A stretch of 64,000 bases of DNA from Pelovirga sp. (GCA_046484405.1 JAWOIX010000074.1:1083-65082); one strand, 5' to 3'; positions 19,315-29,068 are shown, numbered from the stretch's first letter. The notes: generated by a model from the letters alone, not told the origin. Translations and numbers: made by a program.

Positions 19315-20523
19315 ATGAGCTACGATCTTCTTCTGCTGCTATCAGGACTGGCACTTCTGGCCGGGTCGATTCTGCCGCGCTTGCTGGGCAACGTCCCGAT
19401 CACCATGCCGATGGTCTATCTCGGTGGCGGGATGCTGTTGCCGCAGCTGTGGCCCGAAGTTCCCCATATCGACCCGATCGAATACGCCCTGCTGATCGAA
19501 CGTATTGCCGAGATGGCCGTGCTCATTTCCCTGACCGCCGCCGGGTTGAAACTGGATCGCGAGCTCGGCTGGCGCACCTGGGGAACGACCTGGCGACTTC
19601 TGGCGGTGACCATGCCGTTATCCATCATCGCGCTGACTCTCGGGGGCGTCTGGCTGACCGGCCTGCCCCTGGCAGCTGCGTTGCTGCTCGCGGCCTCCGC
19701 AGCTCCCACCGACCCGGTCCTGGCTGCAACGGTCCAGGTTGGCCCACCGGGACAGGAGGAAAAAGAACATGAGGTTCGCTTCGCCCTGACCAGTGAAGCG
19801 GGACTCAACGATGGTCTGGCTTTCCCCTTCGTCAACCTCGCCATTGTTCTGTCCACCGCCGGACTGACCGGCGATGGACTGCGACACTGGCTGACGCTGG
19901 ATCTCATCTGGAAAATCGCCGCCGGAACCGGTGCCGGTCTGATTGTCGGCTGGGCGGTCGCCATGGTGGTTTTTCGTTTGTGTTCCCCCAATGCCGTGGG
20001 TGACAGCTTCGTGGCTATAGCCCTGACATTGCTTGCTTATGGTGCGACGGAACTGATCCACGGCTACGGGTTCATCGCGGTCTTCGTCGCGGCGCTGACC
20101 TTCCGGCGCCTGGAAAAAAGCCACGACTACCACCGCGCACTGCACAGTTTTTCCGAGCAGCTGGAGCAACTGTTCATGGCAATCCTTCTGACAGCCCTTG
20201 GAATTGCCATCGCACAAGGTCTTTTTTCCGGCAGCAGCTGGCGAGCGCTGCTGCTGGTGATCGGCTTCCTGCTGCTTGTCCGCCCCCTGGCCGGCCTCCT
20301 CTCCCTGGTGCGCAGCGGTCAGCCATGGCAATACCGTTTATCGATCGCGGGACTGGGTATTCGAGGAATCGGCACCTTCTACTACCTGTCCCACGGGCTC
20401 AACAACAGCGTCATTGATGCGGCGGTGGCACGCGAACTCTGGGCAGTCGCCGGCATGATCGTGGTTGCCTCGATTCTGCTGCATGGCCTCGGCGCTCCCC
20501 GCGTCATGCAACAACTGGATTGA
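19315..20523 (+). CDS. Cation:proton antiporter (CPA1/NhaP-like)
   Basis: Polytopic membrane protein with APTDPVLA, SEAGLNDGLAFPF and GIRGIG motifs. Confidence 0.9.
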   Translation: MSYDLLLLLSGLALLAGSILPRLLGNVPITMPMVYLGGGMLLPQLWPEVPHIDPIEYALLIERIAEMAVLISLTAAGLKLDRELGWRTWGTTWRLLAVTMPLSIIALTLGGVWLTGLPLAAALLLAASAAPTDPVLAATVQVGPPGQEEKEHEVRFALTSEAGLNDGLAFPFVNLAIVLSTAGLTGDGLRHWLTLDLIWKIAAGTGAGLIVGWAVAMVVFRLCSPNAVGDSFVAIALTLLAYGATELIHGYGFIAVFVAALTFRRLEKSHDYHRALHSFSEQLEQLFMAILLTALGIAIAQGLFSGSSWRALLLVIGFLLLVRPLAGLLSLVRSGQPWQYRLSIAGLGIRGIGTFYYLSHGLNNSVIDAAVARELWAVAGMIVVASILLHGLGAPRVMQQLD

Positions 20524-20692
20524 ACATGGCCCGGCAATCTCCTGGAACCGCCCCTTTCCTTAGCGCAGAGAGGATGTATACTTGAAGGGTGAGCGCTCTG
20601 TCAGAATGCCGGTGCGCACGGCACCACAGTTGCTGCGCATCCGTATTTGAGCGCACGCAACCCTCACCACCGACATGAAAGGACTGACCACC

Positions 20693-20851
20693 ATGGATCC
20701 GATTCGTATTCTGTTCGCCATTCTCCTGCCGCCACTGGGCGTCTTTCTCCAGGTCGGTATCGGACTGCACTTCTGGTTGAACATCCTGCTGACGCTGCTC
20801 GGCTACATCCCGGGCATTGTCCATGCCGTCTGGATTATCGCCAAAAAATAG
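20693..20851 (+). CDS. yqaE: YqaE/Pmp3 family small proteolipid (52 aa)
   Basis: Below the ORF-track cutoff; manual translation MDPIRILFAILLPPLGVFLQVGIGLHFWLNILLTLLGYIPGIVHAVWIIAKK; AAAGGA RBS. Confidence 0.93.
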   Translation: MDPIRILFAILLPPLGVFLQVGIGLHFWLNILLTLLGYIPGIVHAVWIIAKK

Positions 20852-21025
20852 CGGTCAGCCGCCCCTGCCGGCAGCCGTGCCTGTTCCTGTGCCGCAGCCT
20901 TCATCACCCCTGGGGCGGCTGCGCATCCGGACATGGCTGGAATCTGGGTCGGCCACCGGCAGTGCCAGGGGCGCCGGCGGTGGCCGCCGTCAAATACGAC
21001 GAAGGCACAACAAAAGGTCCGATAG

Positions 21026-22009
21026 ATGACGCAGAAATCCCCCTTCAGGCTCCCCACCGTCACCTGCAACAGCGAGGGCCGGCCGCGCAAGGTTGGTTTT
21101 GAGCTGGAATTTACCGGCCTTGACCTGGATCAGACCACGGCCATCGTTGAGCGGGTGTTTTCTTCACGGCGCAGCAGAAAATCGCAGGCGGACGCTGTGG
21201 TTGAAGTCGCGGAGCTGGGGACCTTCGCGATCGAACTCGACTGGCACTATCTCAAACAAAAAGCCACGCAAAAAAAAGACCGGGCGCCGGACGGGTGGCT
21301 CGAGCTGCTCAGCCAGGCAGCCACCCTGCTGGTACCGATGGAGGTGGTCTGTCCACCGATTGCCATGACGCAGCTTGCGGTTCTGGATCCGCTGCTTGAG
21401 GAATTGCGCCAGGCCGGCGCGATGGGAACTGAAGATTCGGTGATTGCCGCCTACGGCGTCCATATCAATGCAGAGATTCCGCGCCTCGACGCCGCCACCC
21501 TGGACAACTTCCTGCGGGCATTCAGCCTGCTGCAATGGTGGCTGGTCGACGCCCACCAGGTCGATGTGGCCCGGCGCATCAGTCCTTACGTCGACCTCTA
21601 TCCGGAAAATTATCTGAAGCTGTTATTTTCCCGGCGCCAGCCTGACCTTGACACACTGCTGCAGGATTACCTGCGCTACAATGCCAGTCGCAACCGTGCC
21701 CTCGATCTGCTGCCGTTACTGTCCCAGGTCGCTGCCGGGCAGGTTCAGCGTGCGGTTCCCGACACCAAAATCAAGGCACGTCCGGCCTTTCATTACCGTC
21801 TTCCCAACTGCCAGATCGACAAGCCCGACTGGTCGCTGGCAGACGCCTGGAATACCTGGTGGGTGGTTGAAGAACTGGCCCGGCGTCCGGACGACCTGGA
21901 TGATTTGTGCGCGCAGTTTTTATCCATGGACCGGCTCCTGATCGGGGTCAGCCGCAACGACTGGACCGGATTGATGGACCGATGGCTACAAGACCACAGG
22001 TTGGCGTAA
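21026..22009 (+). CDS. Putative amidoligase (Amidoligase_2, COOH-NH2 ligase fold)
   Basis: VGFELEF, PMEVVCPP, YGVHIN, RNRALD and ARPAFHYRLPN motifs. Confidence 0.8.
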   Translation: MTQKSPFRLPTVTCNSEGRPRKVGFELEFTGLDLDQTTAIVERVFSSRRSRKSQADAVVEVAELGTFAIELDWHYLKQKATQKKDRAPDGWLELLSQAATLLVPMEVVCPPIAMTQLAVLDPLLEELRQAGAMGTEDSVIAAYGVHINAEIPRLDAATLDNFLRAFSLLQWWLVDAHQVDVARRISPYVDLYPENYLKLLFSRRQPDLDTLLQDYLRYNASRNRALDLLPLLSQVAAGQVQRAVPDTKIKARPAFHYRLPNCQIDKPDWSLADAWNTWWVVEELARRPDDLDDLCAQFLSMDRLLIGVSRNDWTGLMDRWLQDHRLA

Positions 22010-22686
22010 CCGGTTCGGTACGCCGCTGGGCCCCGGCCTGGTGGTGTACGCGGATCGCCCTGCATCTGGCCGGCGCCACCGCCCGCCGCATCAACATCAG
22101 CAAGCATGTGAGCCCTCATCCTCTCGATGCCCTGGTGATCGGTGGCGGCAACGATATCAGCCCGGAGCACTATGGCGGCGACCTGGAGGCGCCGGTCAAA
22201 GCCGACCCACGGCGGGATGAGCTCGAAATCGGCTGGATCAAATACGCCCTGGAACATGACATCCCGATGCTCGGCATCTGTCGCGGCGCCCAGCTCATCA
22301 ATGTTGTCCTCGGCGGCAGCCTGCACCAGGATATTCGTTTCCTGCGCCGCCTGACCTACAACCGGCCGGGCTTGCTGCCAACCAAGCAGGTGCGCCTGGA
22401 CCCGGACTCGCTGATCGCCGTCGTCTGTGCGACCAGTGCCCTGCGCGTCAACAGCCTGCATCACCAGGCGGTCAAGGAGCCGGGGACCTCACTAAGGGCG
22501 GTGGGACATGATCTTGACGGGATTGTCCAGGCCATTGAAATCACCGACAGCCGAAAGATTATCGGGGTGCAATGGCACCCCGAGTACCTCTTCTACCTGC
22601 CGGCGCAGCTGGCCCTGTTCCGCTGGCTGATCAGCGGCCGCTCCGCAGACGGCAGCAGTGCGACAGGTCAAGGGGTCAGGACATAA
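21982..22686 (+). CDS. Class I glutamine amidotransferase / peptidase C26 (PuuD-like)
   Basis: IGGGNDI, LGICRGAQ (catalytic Cys), VNSLHHQAV and GVQWHPE motifs; overlaps the amidoligase end. Confidence 0.9.
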   Translation: MATRPQVGVTGSVRRWAPAWWCTRIALHLAGATARRINISKHVSPHPLDALVIGGGNDISPEHYGGDLEAPVKADPRRDELEIGWIKYALEHDIPMLGICRGAQLINVVLGGSLHQDIRFLRRLTYNRPGLLPTKQVRLDPDSLIAVVCATSALRVNSLHHQAVKEPGTSLRAVGHDLDGIVQAIEITDSRKIIGVQWHPEYLFYLPAQLALFRWLISGRSADGSSATGQGVRT

Positions 22687-23417
22687 AAGGTATACCCATA
22701 GAAATCGCTGTAACTCTCAAACAGGGCCATCTCCGCTTCGGTTTCGGCAATCAGCCTGCGGTTGTCCGGCGTCACGTCCAGCGCCCTGATCCGCTCACGC
22801 AAAGGCCCGTAGTAATTCTCCCACCAGGCGCGACTCGGCAGCTGTTCGGTAAAAACCACCTTGTAGCCGGCCCGCGCGGCGCGGGCCACATTCTCCTGGG
22901 CGGTTCTCATCCCGGGATAGGCCTGCTGCCAGAAGGAGCGCAGCGGCGCGGGAACGTCCCGCGCAAACCAGGTCATCTCCGATATCACCGCAACACCACC
23001 TGCCGCCAGCAGTGGCCGCCACAACCTTAACGCGGCCGCGAAACCGATGGCGTAAGCGGCACCCTCGGACCAGAGCAGGTCGATCGTCGCGGGTGGCCAG
23101 TCAAGGCACGCCATATCGCCACACACCGGTTCAATGAGGTGGTCCAGTCCGGCCCGGACTGCGGCATCCTGCAGCTCGCCGAGGAAGACCGGGGCCGAAT
23201 CGACAGCCTTGACATGACTCTGATAATAGCGGGCAAGGAGCAGCGCCCCGGCACCCGCGCCACAGCCAAGGTCGGCAATCCGGGGCTGGGGCGGCAGCGC
23301 AGGGAGCCGTGCCAGCAGGTCGCAGGTAAAGGTCGGGTCGCCCGGTCCTTTGCGCACCAGCCCGCGGTGCAGTTCGATCAGGGCCGCCATCTCGTCGTTC
23401 TGGTGTTCTTCGGACAT
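22668..23417 (-). CDS. Class I SAM-dependent methyltransferase
   Basis: IADLGCGAG, DLLWSEGA, WWENYYGPL and YGYTFYV motifs. Confidence 0.88.
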   Translation of the reverse strand: MSEEHQNDEMAALIELHRGLVRKGPGDPTFTCDLLARLPALPPQPRIADLGCGAGAGALLLARYYQSHVKAVDSAPVFLGELQDAAVRAGLDHLIEPVCGDMACLDWPPATIDLLWSEGAAYAIGFAAALRLWRPLLAAGGVAVISEMTWFARDVPAPLRSFWQQAYPGMRTAQENVARAARAGYKVVFTEQLPSRAWWENYYGPLRERIRALDVTPDNRRLIAETEAEMALFESYSDFYGYTFYVLTP

Positions 23418-23692
23418 GGTCATGACCTCCCTGTCAATCAACGCGGGACGCGGCAGCTGGTGCCAGGGGTCCGGACGGCCAGACCCGATCCGTCATCTGC
23501 CCAGCATCGTTCGGAGCATGTTCCGATCGGTTGCACGCCTGCCGTCACGGCCACGGCGGGTGATCGTGCGGATACTATTTTCCACGCCTTTTTCGACAAT
23601 TCCCTCGCCACCATAGAATGGCCGGCCCCTGGCGAACTGGCGCAAAGATCACATGTGCCGGCAGCGTCCGGCAGCGCGGAACAGGCCAGAGG

Positions 23693-24289
23693 TCAGATTT
23701 TCTCCGGATAGCGGAAAGACAGGTCGAAGCGGCCGAGAAAGTTCTGCAGCAACCGGTAGGTGATCCCCCAGAGCGGGCGCTCACTCCATTCGGGCAGGTC
23801 GATCACCGGGTGTTCCCGCCCTGCTCCGCGATAGTGGAAACACTGGCGCCGGTTGCGTTGCGGATCTAGCAGGGTGGCAAGGGGAACCCAGAAAAGATCG
23901 ACCACTTCGCCGTTGAGGACAAAGGCGTGAGGGTCCGGAAGCCGGTACACAAAACAGGAGATATGGATCGACAGGTAGGCTCCGGCCAGGTCATCACTGC
24001 GGCCGAGATAGTCTGCGGGGGTCAGGGACAGGCCGATTTCTTCACGGGTTTCCCGTTCCGCTGCCGCCCGGGGACCGGCATCGGTCAGATCGATACGTCC
24101 ACCCGGGAAGGCCAGGTCGCCCGACCAGGGGTCAAGCTCGTGTTCAGCGCGCCGGATAAACAGGACCTCCGTCCCCTGCGGCGCAGGGCGCAGCAGCATG
24201 GCGACCGCCGCCCGGTGCAGTCCCTCTTCAGGGAGAAGGCTGGGGGGACGCTGGCGCAACCCGTCTCTGATCTGCGGCAACACAAGCAT
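23693..24289 (-). CDS. Nudix CoA pyrophosphatase (NudL-like)
   Basis: AAVAML, SGDLAFPGG, Nudix box AAERETREEIG and LWGIT motifs. Confidence 0.88.
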   Translation of the reverse strand: MLVLPQIRDGLRQRPPSLLPEEGLHRAAVAMLLRPAPQGTEVLFIRRAEHELDPWSGDLAFPGGRIDLTDAGPRAAAERETREEIGLSLTPADYLGRSDDLAGAYLSIHISCFVYRLPDPHAFVLNGEVVDLFWVPLATLLDPQRNRRQCFHYRGAGREHPVIDLPEWSERPLWGITYRLLQNFLGRFDLSFRYPEKI

Positions 24290-24301
24290 GGTGGGTGCGG
24301 T

Positions 24302-24865
24302 TCAGGCACGTGAGACGAAGCGGCACTCGCGCGTATCCACCTTGATCCTCTCACCGGCCTCAAGGTACCCCGGGACCTGGACGGTCAAGCCTGTCTCAAG
24401 CAGCGCCTCCTTGGTCTGGGCCGTCGCGGTGGCGTTGCGGATGGCCGGCGCCGTTTCCGTAACCGTCAGTTCCACCACCTGCGGCACATCCAGGGTCACG
24501 ACCTGGTCATTGAAAACTCCCAGGGTAACGTCGCAGCCGTCGACCAGATAGCCGCGCACATCCGCGTACATAGCGCCGCCCAGTTCATACTGCTCGTAGC
24601 TTTCCTGGTCCATGAACACGCCCTGGTCGCCGCTGGCGTAGAGGAACTGCCCCTTGCGCCTGGTAAAATCCGCCTCGTGGAAGCGGTCACTCGATTTGAA
24701 TGCGGCACTGAGCATCTGGCCGGTCAACAGGTTGCGATAGCGGGTCTTGACCAGGGTATTGCCGCCGCGCGCGGTCGGCGACTGAAAACTCACATCGACA
24801 ACAACGCAGGGCGCCCCCTCATATTGGAAAATTGCGCCACGGCGCAGGTTGCTTGCTTCGATCAT
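24302..24865 (-). CDS. yeiP: Elongation factor P-like protein EfpL (YeiP)
   Basis: EF-P fold (KEALLETGLTVQVP, IKVDTR, SRA end) with the YeiP-type tip loop QSPTARG rather than PGKG. Confidence 0.8.
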   Translation of the reverse strand: MIEASNLRRGAIFQYEGAPCVVVDVSFQSPTARGGNTLVKTRYRNLLTGQMLSAAFKSSDRFHEADFTRRKGQFLYASGDQGVFMDQESYEQYELGGAMYADVRGYLVDGCDVTLGVFNDQVVTLDVPQVVELTVTETAPAIRNATATAQTKEALLETGLTVQVPGYLEAGERIKVDTRECRFVSRA

Positions 24866-24919
24866 GTACGACTCCTTGGCAGTACAGTATGGTCCGGAAC
24901 CCGACGAAGGTGGGATGAT

Positions 24920-25339
24920 TCAGCCAGCCGCTTCTGCGGGTGGCAGCAGGGACGTATTTTTGCGATACGCGGTTCCCTGGAACTGGGCAATCAGCTGATC
25001 CTCATCATCACGGATGCACACCTGATAGGTTCCCAGCCGGCGATTGCTCGCCAGTTCTTCCGCCACCGCAACGAGGGTACCGGCGACCGCAGGATTGACA
25101 AATGCCATGGTGGTGTTGATCGCCAGGGCCAGCTTGCCCTGGCTGTTGACCGCCACGGCAAAAGCGAAATCCGCGAGAGTGAAGATAGCGCCGCCATGCG
25201 CTGTTTGCGCACCGTTGAAATGAAAGGGCTGCAGCACCATGCTGGCGCGCGCATACCCGGGTCTGACCTCCAGCAGTTCGATGCCACAGTGACGGGCAAA
25301 ATGGTCGTTGGCGCGAAAAAAATCAAGATATTTCTGCAT
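24920..25339 (-). CDS. PaaI family hot-dog thioesterase
   Basis: HFNGAQTAHGGAIFTLAD motif. Confidence 0.9.
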   Translation of the reverse strand: MQKYLDFFRANDHFARHCGIELLEVRPGYARASMVLQPFHFNGAQTAHGGAIFTLADFAFAVAVNSQGKLALAINTTMAFVNPAVAGTLVAVAEELASNRRLGTYQVCIRDDEDQLIAQFQGTAYRKNTSLLPPAEAAG

Positions 25340-25345
25340 GGGATC

Positions 25346-25534
25346 CTAGCCCCAGAGGCTGTCCGAGATCTTCTTCGGCAGCGGACGGGGATTGTGCAGA
25401 TCGCTGTCGTGATTGGCTTTGGCTCCGCACTTGCCACAAACCACCGTCGGCCGGGTCGAACGCCGGTCGATCTCTTCCATCAGTCCCTGGGCCTTGAGTT
25501 CACACATTTTGAGCCTGGCGTACGCATCTTCCAT
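25346..25534 (-). CDS. Small hypothetical protein with CxxC (62 aa)
   Basis: GGAGG RBS; KMC...VCGKCGAKAN...LHNP; 6-nt gap to the PaaI gene. Confidence 0.65.
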   Translation of the reverse strand: MEDAYARLKMCELKAQGLMEEIDRRSTRPTVVCGKCGAKANHDSDLHNPRPLPKKISDSLWG

Positions 25535-25708
25535 CCGGATCCTCCATCAACGGATCAAGTTTATTGACTTATCTGCGATCATAGCCGGATTCCGGCGTTA
25601 AGGGCAAATCAATCATGGCACCGCCGGCACGTTTTGCGCCACGGCCAGAACACCCGGCCGGTCATGATCTTGCCGCCGCAAGGGTCGAGCAGGCGCAACC
25701 ACTCTGGG

Positions 25709-26200
25709 TCAGAGGACCGAGGGGGAACGGGGCACCTTGCGGTAGACACCATCCTTGCCGCGGCGGTAGGGCGGAGCATTCTTTTCCAGGGCGAGATGAT
25801 AATAAAAGTTGAATCCGGGGCGCTTTACCGTGGTTGCCGGTCGGGTTGCGGCCGGCCGGCCGGGGGAAGCGGCGGCAGCAGGCGGATCGGGGGCGAAGAT
25901 GGCGTCCAGCAGGGAGTGGAGAAAGTGACTGAATTTCTCGCCGGGATCGCGGCTCGCGCTGCCGTCCGGCGGCTCCGGCGGCGGCTGCAGCGCGAGGGAC
26001 TCATCGTAGCGACGGCGCAGAGCGGGATCGGACAGGATGCGGTAGGCGTCGTTGATCTGACGGAACAGCTCTGCCGCCGCCGCACTGCCATGATTGGCAT
26101 CCGGATGACAGCGCTTGGCAAGAGAGCGGTATACTGCCCTGATCCGCGCCTGGTCAGCGTCGGGCGGAATGCCCAGCAAGCGATAATAGTCTCGTACCAT
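25709..26200 (-). CDS. J-domain (DnaJ type III) protein
   Basis: DYYRLLGI...YRSLAKRCHPD...INDAYRILSDP..RRRYD, followed by a Pro/Ala-rich tail; start approximate. Confidence 0.85.
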   Translation of the reverse strand: MVRDYYRLLGIPPDADQARIRAVYRSLAKRCHPDANHGSAAAAELFRQINDAYRILSDPALRRRYDESLALQPPPEPPDGSASRDPGEKFSHFLHSLLDAIFAPDPPAAAASPGRPAATRPATTVKRPGFNFYYHLALEKNAPPYRRGKDGVYRKVPRSPSVL

Positions 26201-26326
26201 GTCCGACATCCCGCACAAAACAGCAGCGCAAGGGCAATCCCCGGCGTGCGTGCGTTGTTTTTTCAGCAAACACGCACGGCTGCGTATCTTATCGGCACGT
26301 CACCCCAATTAGTTGAGCCGCAGCTG

Positions 26327-26896
26327 TTACGCCTGGCCGAAACTGACGGTGACGTCCTGACGCTGTTCCGGGTCGATGGTCCAGAGCGAGCGCGGTGCAA
26401 AGCTGAACAGCTGTGCCACGAGCAGATCCGGGAACTGGCGCAGACGGATATTATAGATAGTCACGGAGGCGTTATACAGCTCACGCCGGTCGGCAATCTG
26501 GTCTTCGATTTCCGAGATCCGGTAACTCAGCTGGCGAAAGGCGGCGTCAGCCTTAAGATCAGGATAGCGCTCGACCACCATGAACAGCGACTTGAGGGTA
26601 TCGGTCAACATATTCTGCGCCTGCAGCTGCTGGTCCTCGCTCCGTGCCGCGTTGACCATGGAACGCGCCTTGACCACCGCCTCGAGGGTCTTCTGTTCAT
26701 GCTGCATGTATCCCTCGCAGACCTTGATCAGCTTGGGAAGTTCGTCAAAGCGCTGTTTCAGCAGCACGTCGATGTTGCTCCAGTCCTGGCTGATGGTGTT
26801 TTTCAGGGAGATAAAACCGTTGTAGATCATGATCGTGTAAAAGATCAGTCCGAGCAGTAGCAGCAGCAGTATTCCGAGGGTTATCCAGCCAGCCAT
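26327..26896 (-). CDS. lemA: LemA family protein
   Basis: N-terminal TM helix; YN...WSNIDVLLKQRFDELPKL, ERYPDLKA, RRELYN and FP motifs. Confidence 0.93.
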   Translation of the reverse strand: MAGWITLGILLLLLLGLIFYTIMIYNGFISLKNTISQDWSNIDVLLKQRFDELPKLIKVCEGYMQHEQKTLEAVVKARSMVNAARSEDQQLQAQNMLTDTLKSLFMVVERYPDLKADAAFRQLSYRISEIEDQIADRRELYNASVTIYNIRLRQFPDLLVAQLFSFAPRSLWTIDPEQRQDVTVSFGQA

Positions 26897-26956
26897 AAGC
26901 AGTCTCCTTTATCTGGACAAAAATGATCTTGAACGCCAGGGGTACAGAAATCTTCG

Positions 26957-28948
26957 TCAAACCAGGTACGTCAACAGCAGATGGATCGCCAGGCCGGTCA
27001 CTCCGGCACTGAGCAGAAACAGCCCGACGGCGGCATTGTGATAGCGACCGGCCAGATGGGTTTCCGAATGGGTCTCGGCAATCAGCAGGGGACGTCCCCG
27101 GTGTCTGCCGATGACGATCTGGTCTTCCTGTTTTTTGCGCCGCTGCTGGCCGGAAATGCTTGCTGAGCGCACCTCTTCCGCGACCACCTGCCGCGCCCGG
27201 TCCCATTCATCGACGCAAATCTGACCATCACCATTCAGATCAAAGGATTTGAGGCGCTGCGGGTCCTGCTTGAGCTCACGCAAGGCGTTCTGTACCTTAT
27301 CACGCAGCGACCCGCTGCTGTCTGACTTGACCTCGGCGAAGCCCAGGACGTAGAGCAGCGTTCCCTCGACGATCGTCTCCTCGACCCATTTCTCACTGTC
27401 GTCTGTCATCCCCCGGGTCAGGCCGACCTGGCCGGGGACCCCCTCGTGACGCGTCCCGGCCCGGATCCGGCCACCGGCCGGGTTGATCTCAATCCGACCG
27501 GTGTCATCCTCAAGAAGAAACGGGACATTCTCGCTGCCGGTCAGACTGATCACCTGCCAGCGCCGGTTGCGGTCACGGCGATAACGGGTCAGGCGATAAT
27601 AGACACAGGGGGTGTGAGACATGGGCGCTACCAGGGCATATTTCCGGATCGCGCGCCCCTTGACTTCGACCATTCCCATGGCAACGGAACGAATCCGGCT
27701 GGTCGGGGTGTTTTCCATGTTACGTTTGATCCGCAAACTGTGAAAACCTGCGGCAAACAACAACATGGCCACGCCCATGGGGACGGCACCGGAGGCCAGA
27801 CCGTGATAGGCCAGCTGATCGATCAGCTCGCTGCGATCCGCCGCAAGCAGAACCAGAAAAGCGAGGAAACCACCGGCGAACATGCCAACAGGCCAGAGAC
27901 GCGCTGCGCTCCAGCCGGCCGGCACCGTCGGCGGTGGTGGCGGGAGTGGCGCCCGTGCCGCCGGCCGTTGCTCTTCCCTGCCCGCAGAGCCCGCTGCCGG
28001 CACCGCGTCCGCCATGGCGGCGGTCACTTCCTGCGTCAACGCCTGCAGGTCCTCCGGCTGGAGGGCGCCCCCGCCCAGTGTCGCCGCCAGCAGTGCCGCT
28101 GGCAGGTCGGGATCGGCCGCTGGCGCTGCTGTGCCGCTGCCGCTTGCGCCGACCGGTTCGTGGCGCCACAGATCCGCCTTGAGCCAGCCATAGCGGGTCA
28201 GGGTGCCGAGATTCGCACGCAGCGCATCGGCATCGTCGTCAGTGGCCCGGCGCAGCTGGCATCCCGGCAGGTTATCAAGGCCAAAACTGGTATCAATGCG
28301 CATCTCGCCGGCGCGCTGTTCCAGCAGTTGCAGCAGCACTTTCAAGTTGTTGCGGCTGCTCAGCGTTGCGGCCGCGCCGAGCCCCTGGGGATTATATTTT
28401 CCCGGAAACACGCGTACCGCGGCACTGATGTTCTTGTCTTCATCGAGCAGGTACACATCCAGGACCGGCCGCGCCTGGAGGATCATATCATACATTTGCT
28501 CGCGCTCCGGAAAGCGAAAGGCCGCCGGACCCCGATAGGCATTGCTGGAGAGAATCTGATTGAGAAGGCGGTCGACCAGGGCCCCCGACAGGTCGGCCAG
28601 CACGGCCAGCACCGTTGCTCCCGCAGGAACATGGACCTGCGAGCTGCGGCACTCAAAGACAATCCCCTGGTCGTCAACGCGCAGACCGTAGATCCTCTCA
28701 GGTGCGAACGCCACCGGTTGCGGTTCGATCAGCCAGTGGCCAATGTCGGCTGCCACCAGGGTTGCGGAAATGCGTTCCAGTTCGTCACGGTTCCCGCGGG
28801 CAAAGGTTGACAGACCATGGCCGATCAGCTGCTGACGACACTGGAAGATATCAAGCTGGTGACGCCCGGCAAGCTGGCGCAGCAAGGCACTGAAACCCCG
28901 GGGAGGTTCCGCTAACTGCTGGACAATCAGATGAGACATCCGGGTCAT
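26957..28948 (-). CDS. Membrane protein with GIDE-like domain and EF-hand plus a large unknown N-terminal region
   Basis: ENTPTSRIRSVAMGMVEVKG...PCVYY...PFLLEDDTGRIEINPAG (GIDE-like); DLNGDGQICVDE EF-hand loop; 2+1 TM helices. Confidence 0.7.
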   Translation of the reverse strand: MTRMSHLIVQQLAEPPRGFSALLRQLAGRHQLDIFQCRQQLIGHGLSTFARGNRDELERISATLVAADIGHWLIEPQPVAFAPERIYGLRVDDQGIVFECRSSQVHVPAGATVLAVLADLSGALVDRLLNQILSSNAYRGPAAFRFPEREQMYDMILQARPVLDVYLLDEDKNISAAVRVFPGKYNPQGLGAAATLSSRNNLKVLLQLLEQRAGEMRIDTSFGLDNLPGCQLRRATDDDADALRANLGTLTRYGWLKADLWRHEPVGASGSGTAAPAADPDLPAALLAATLGGGALQPEDLQALTQEVTAAMADAVPAAGSAGREEQRPAARAPLPPPPPTVPAGWSAARLWPVGMFAGGFLAFLVLLAADRSELIDQLAYHGLASGAVPMGVAMLLFAAGFHSLRIKRNMENTPTSRIRSVAMGMVEVKGRAIRKYALVAPMSHTPCVYYRLTRYRRDRNRRWQVISLTGSENVPFLLEDDTGRIEINPAGGRIRAGTRHEGVPGQVGLTRGMTDDSEKWVEETIVEGTLLYVLGFAEVKSDSSGSLRDKVQNALRELKQDPQRLKSFDLNGDGQICVDEWDRARQVVAEEVRSASISGQQRRKKQEDQIVIGRHRGRPLLIAETHSETHLAGRYHNAAVGLFLLSAGVTGLAIHLLLTYLV

Positions 28949-29068
28949 GGTCTCGCCGCCATTATTAATGAATTTTACTTATATACCGCAAATAAGGCAG
29001 GGTCGACAAGGGGTAAATCATCTGGACGCAACGCAGTAATGCCGTCATGGCGAAGCCCTGTGCCGGCA

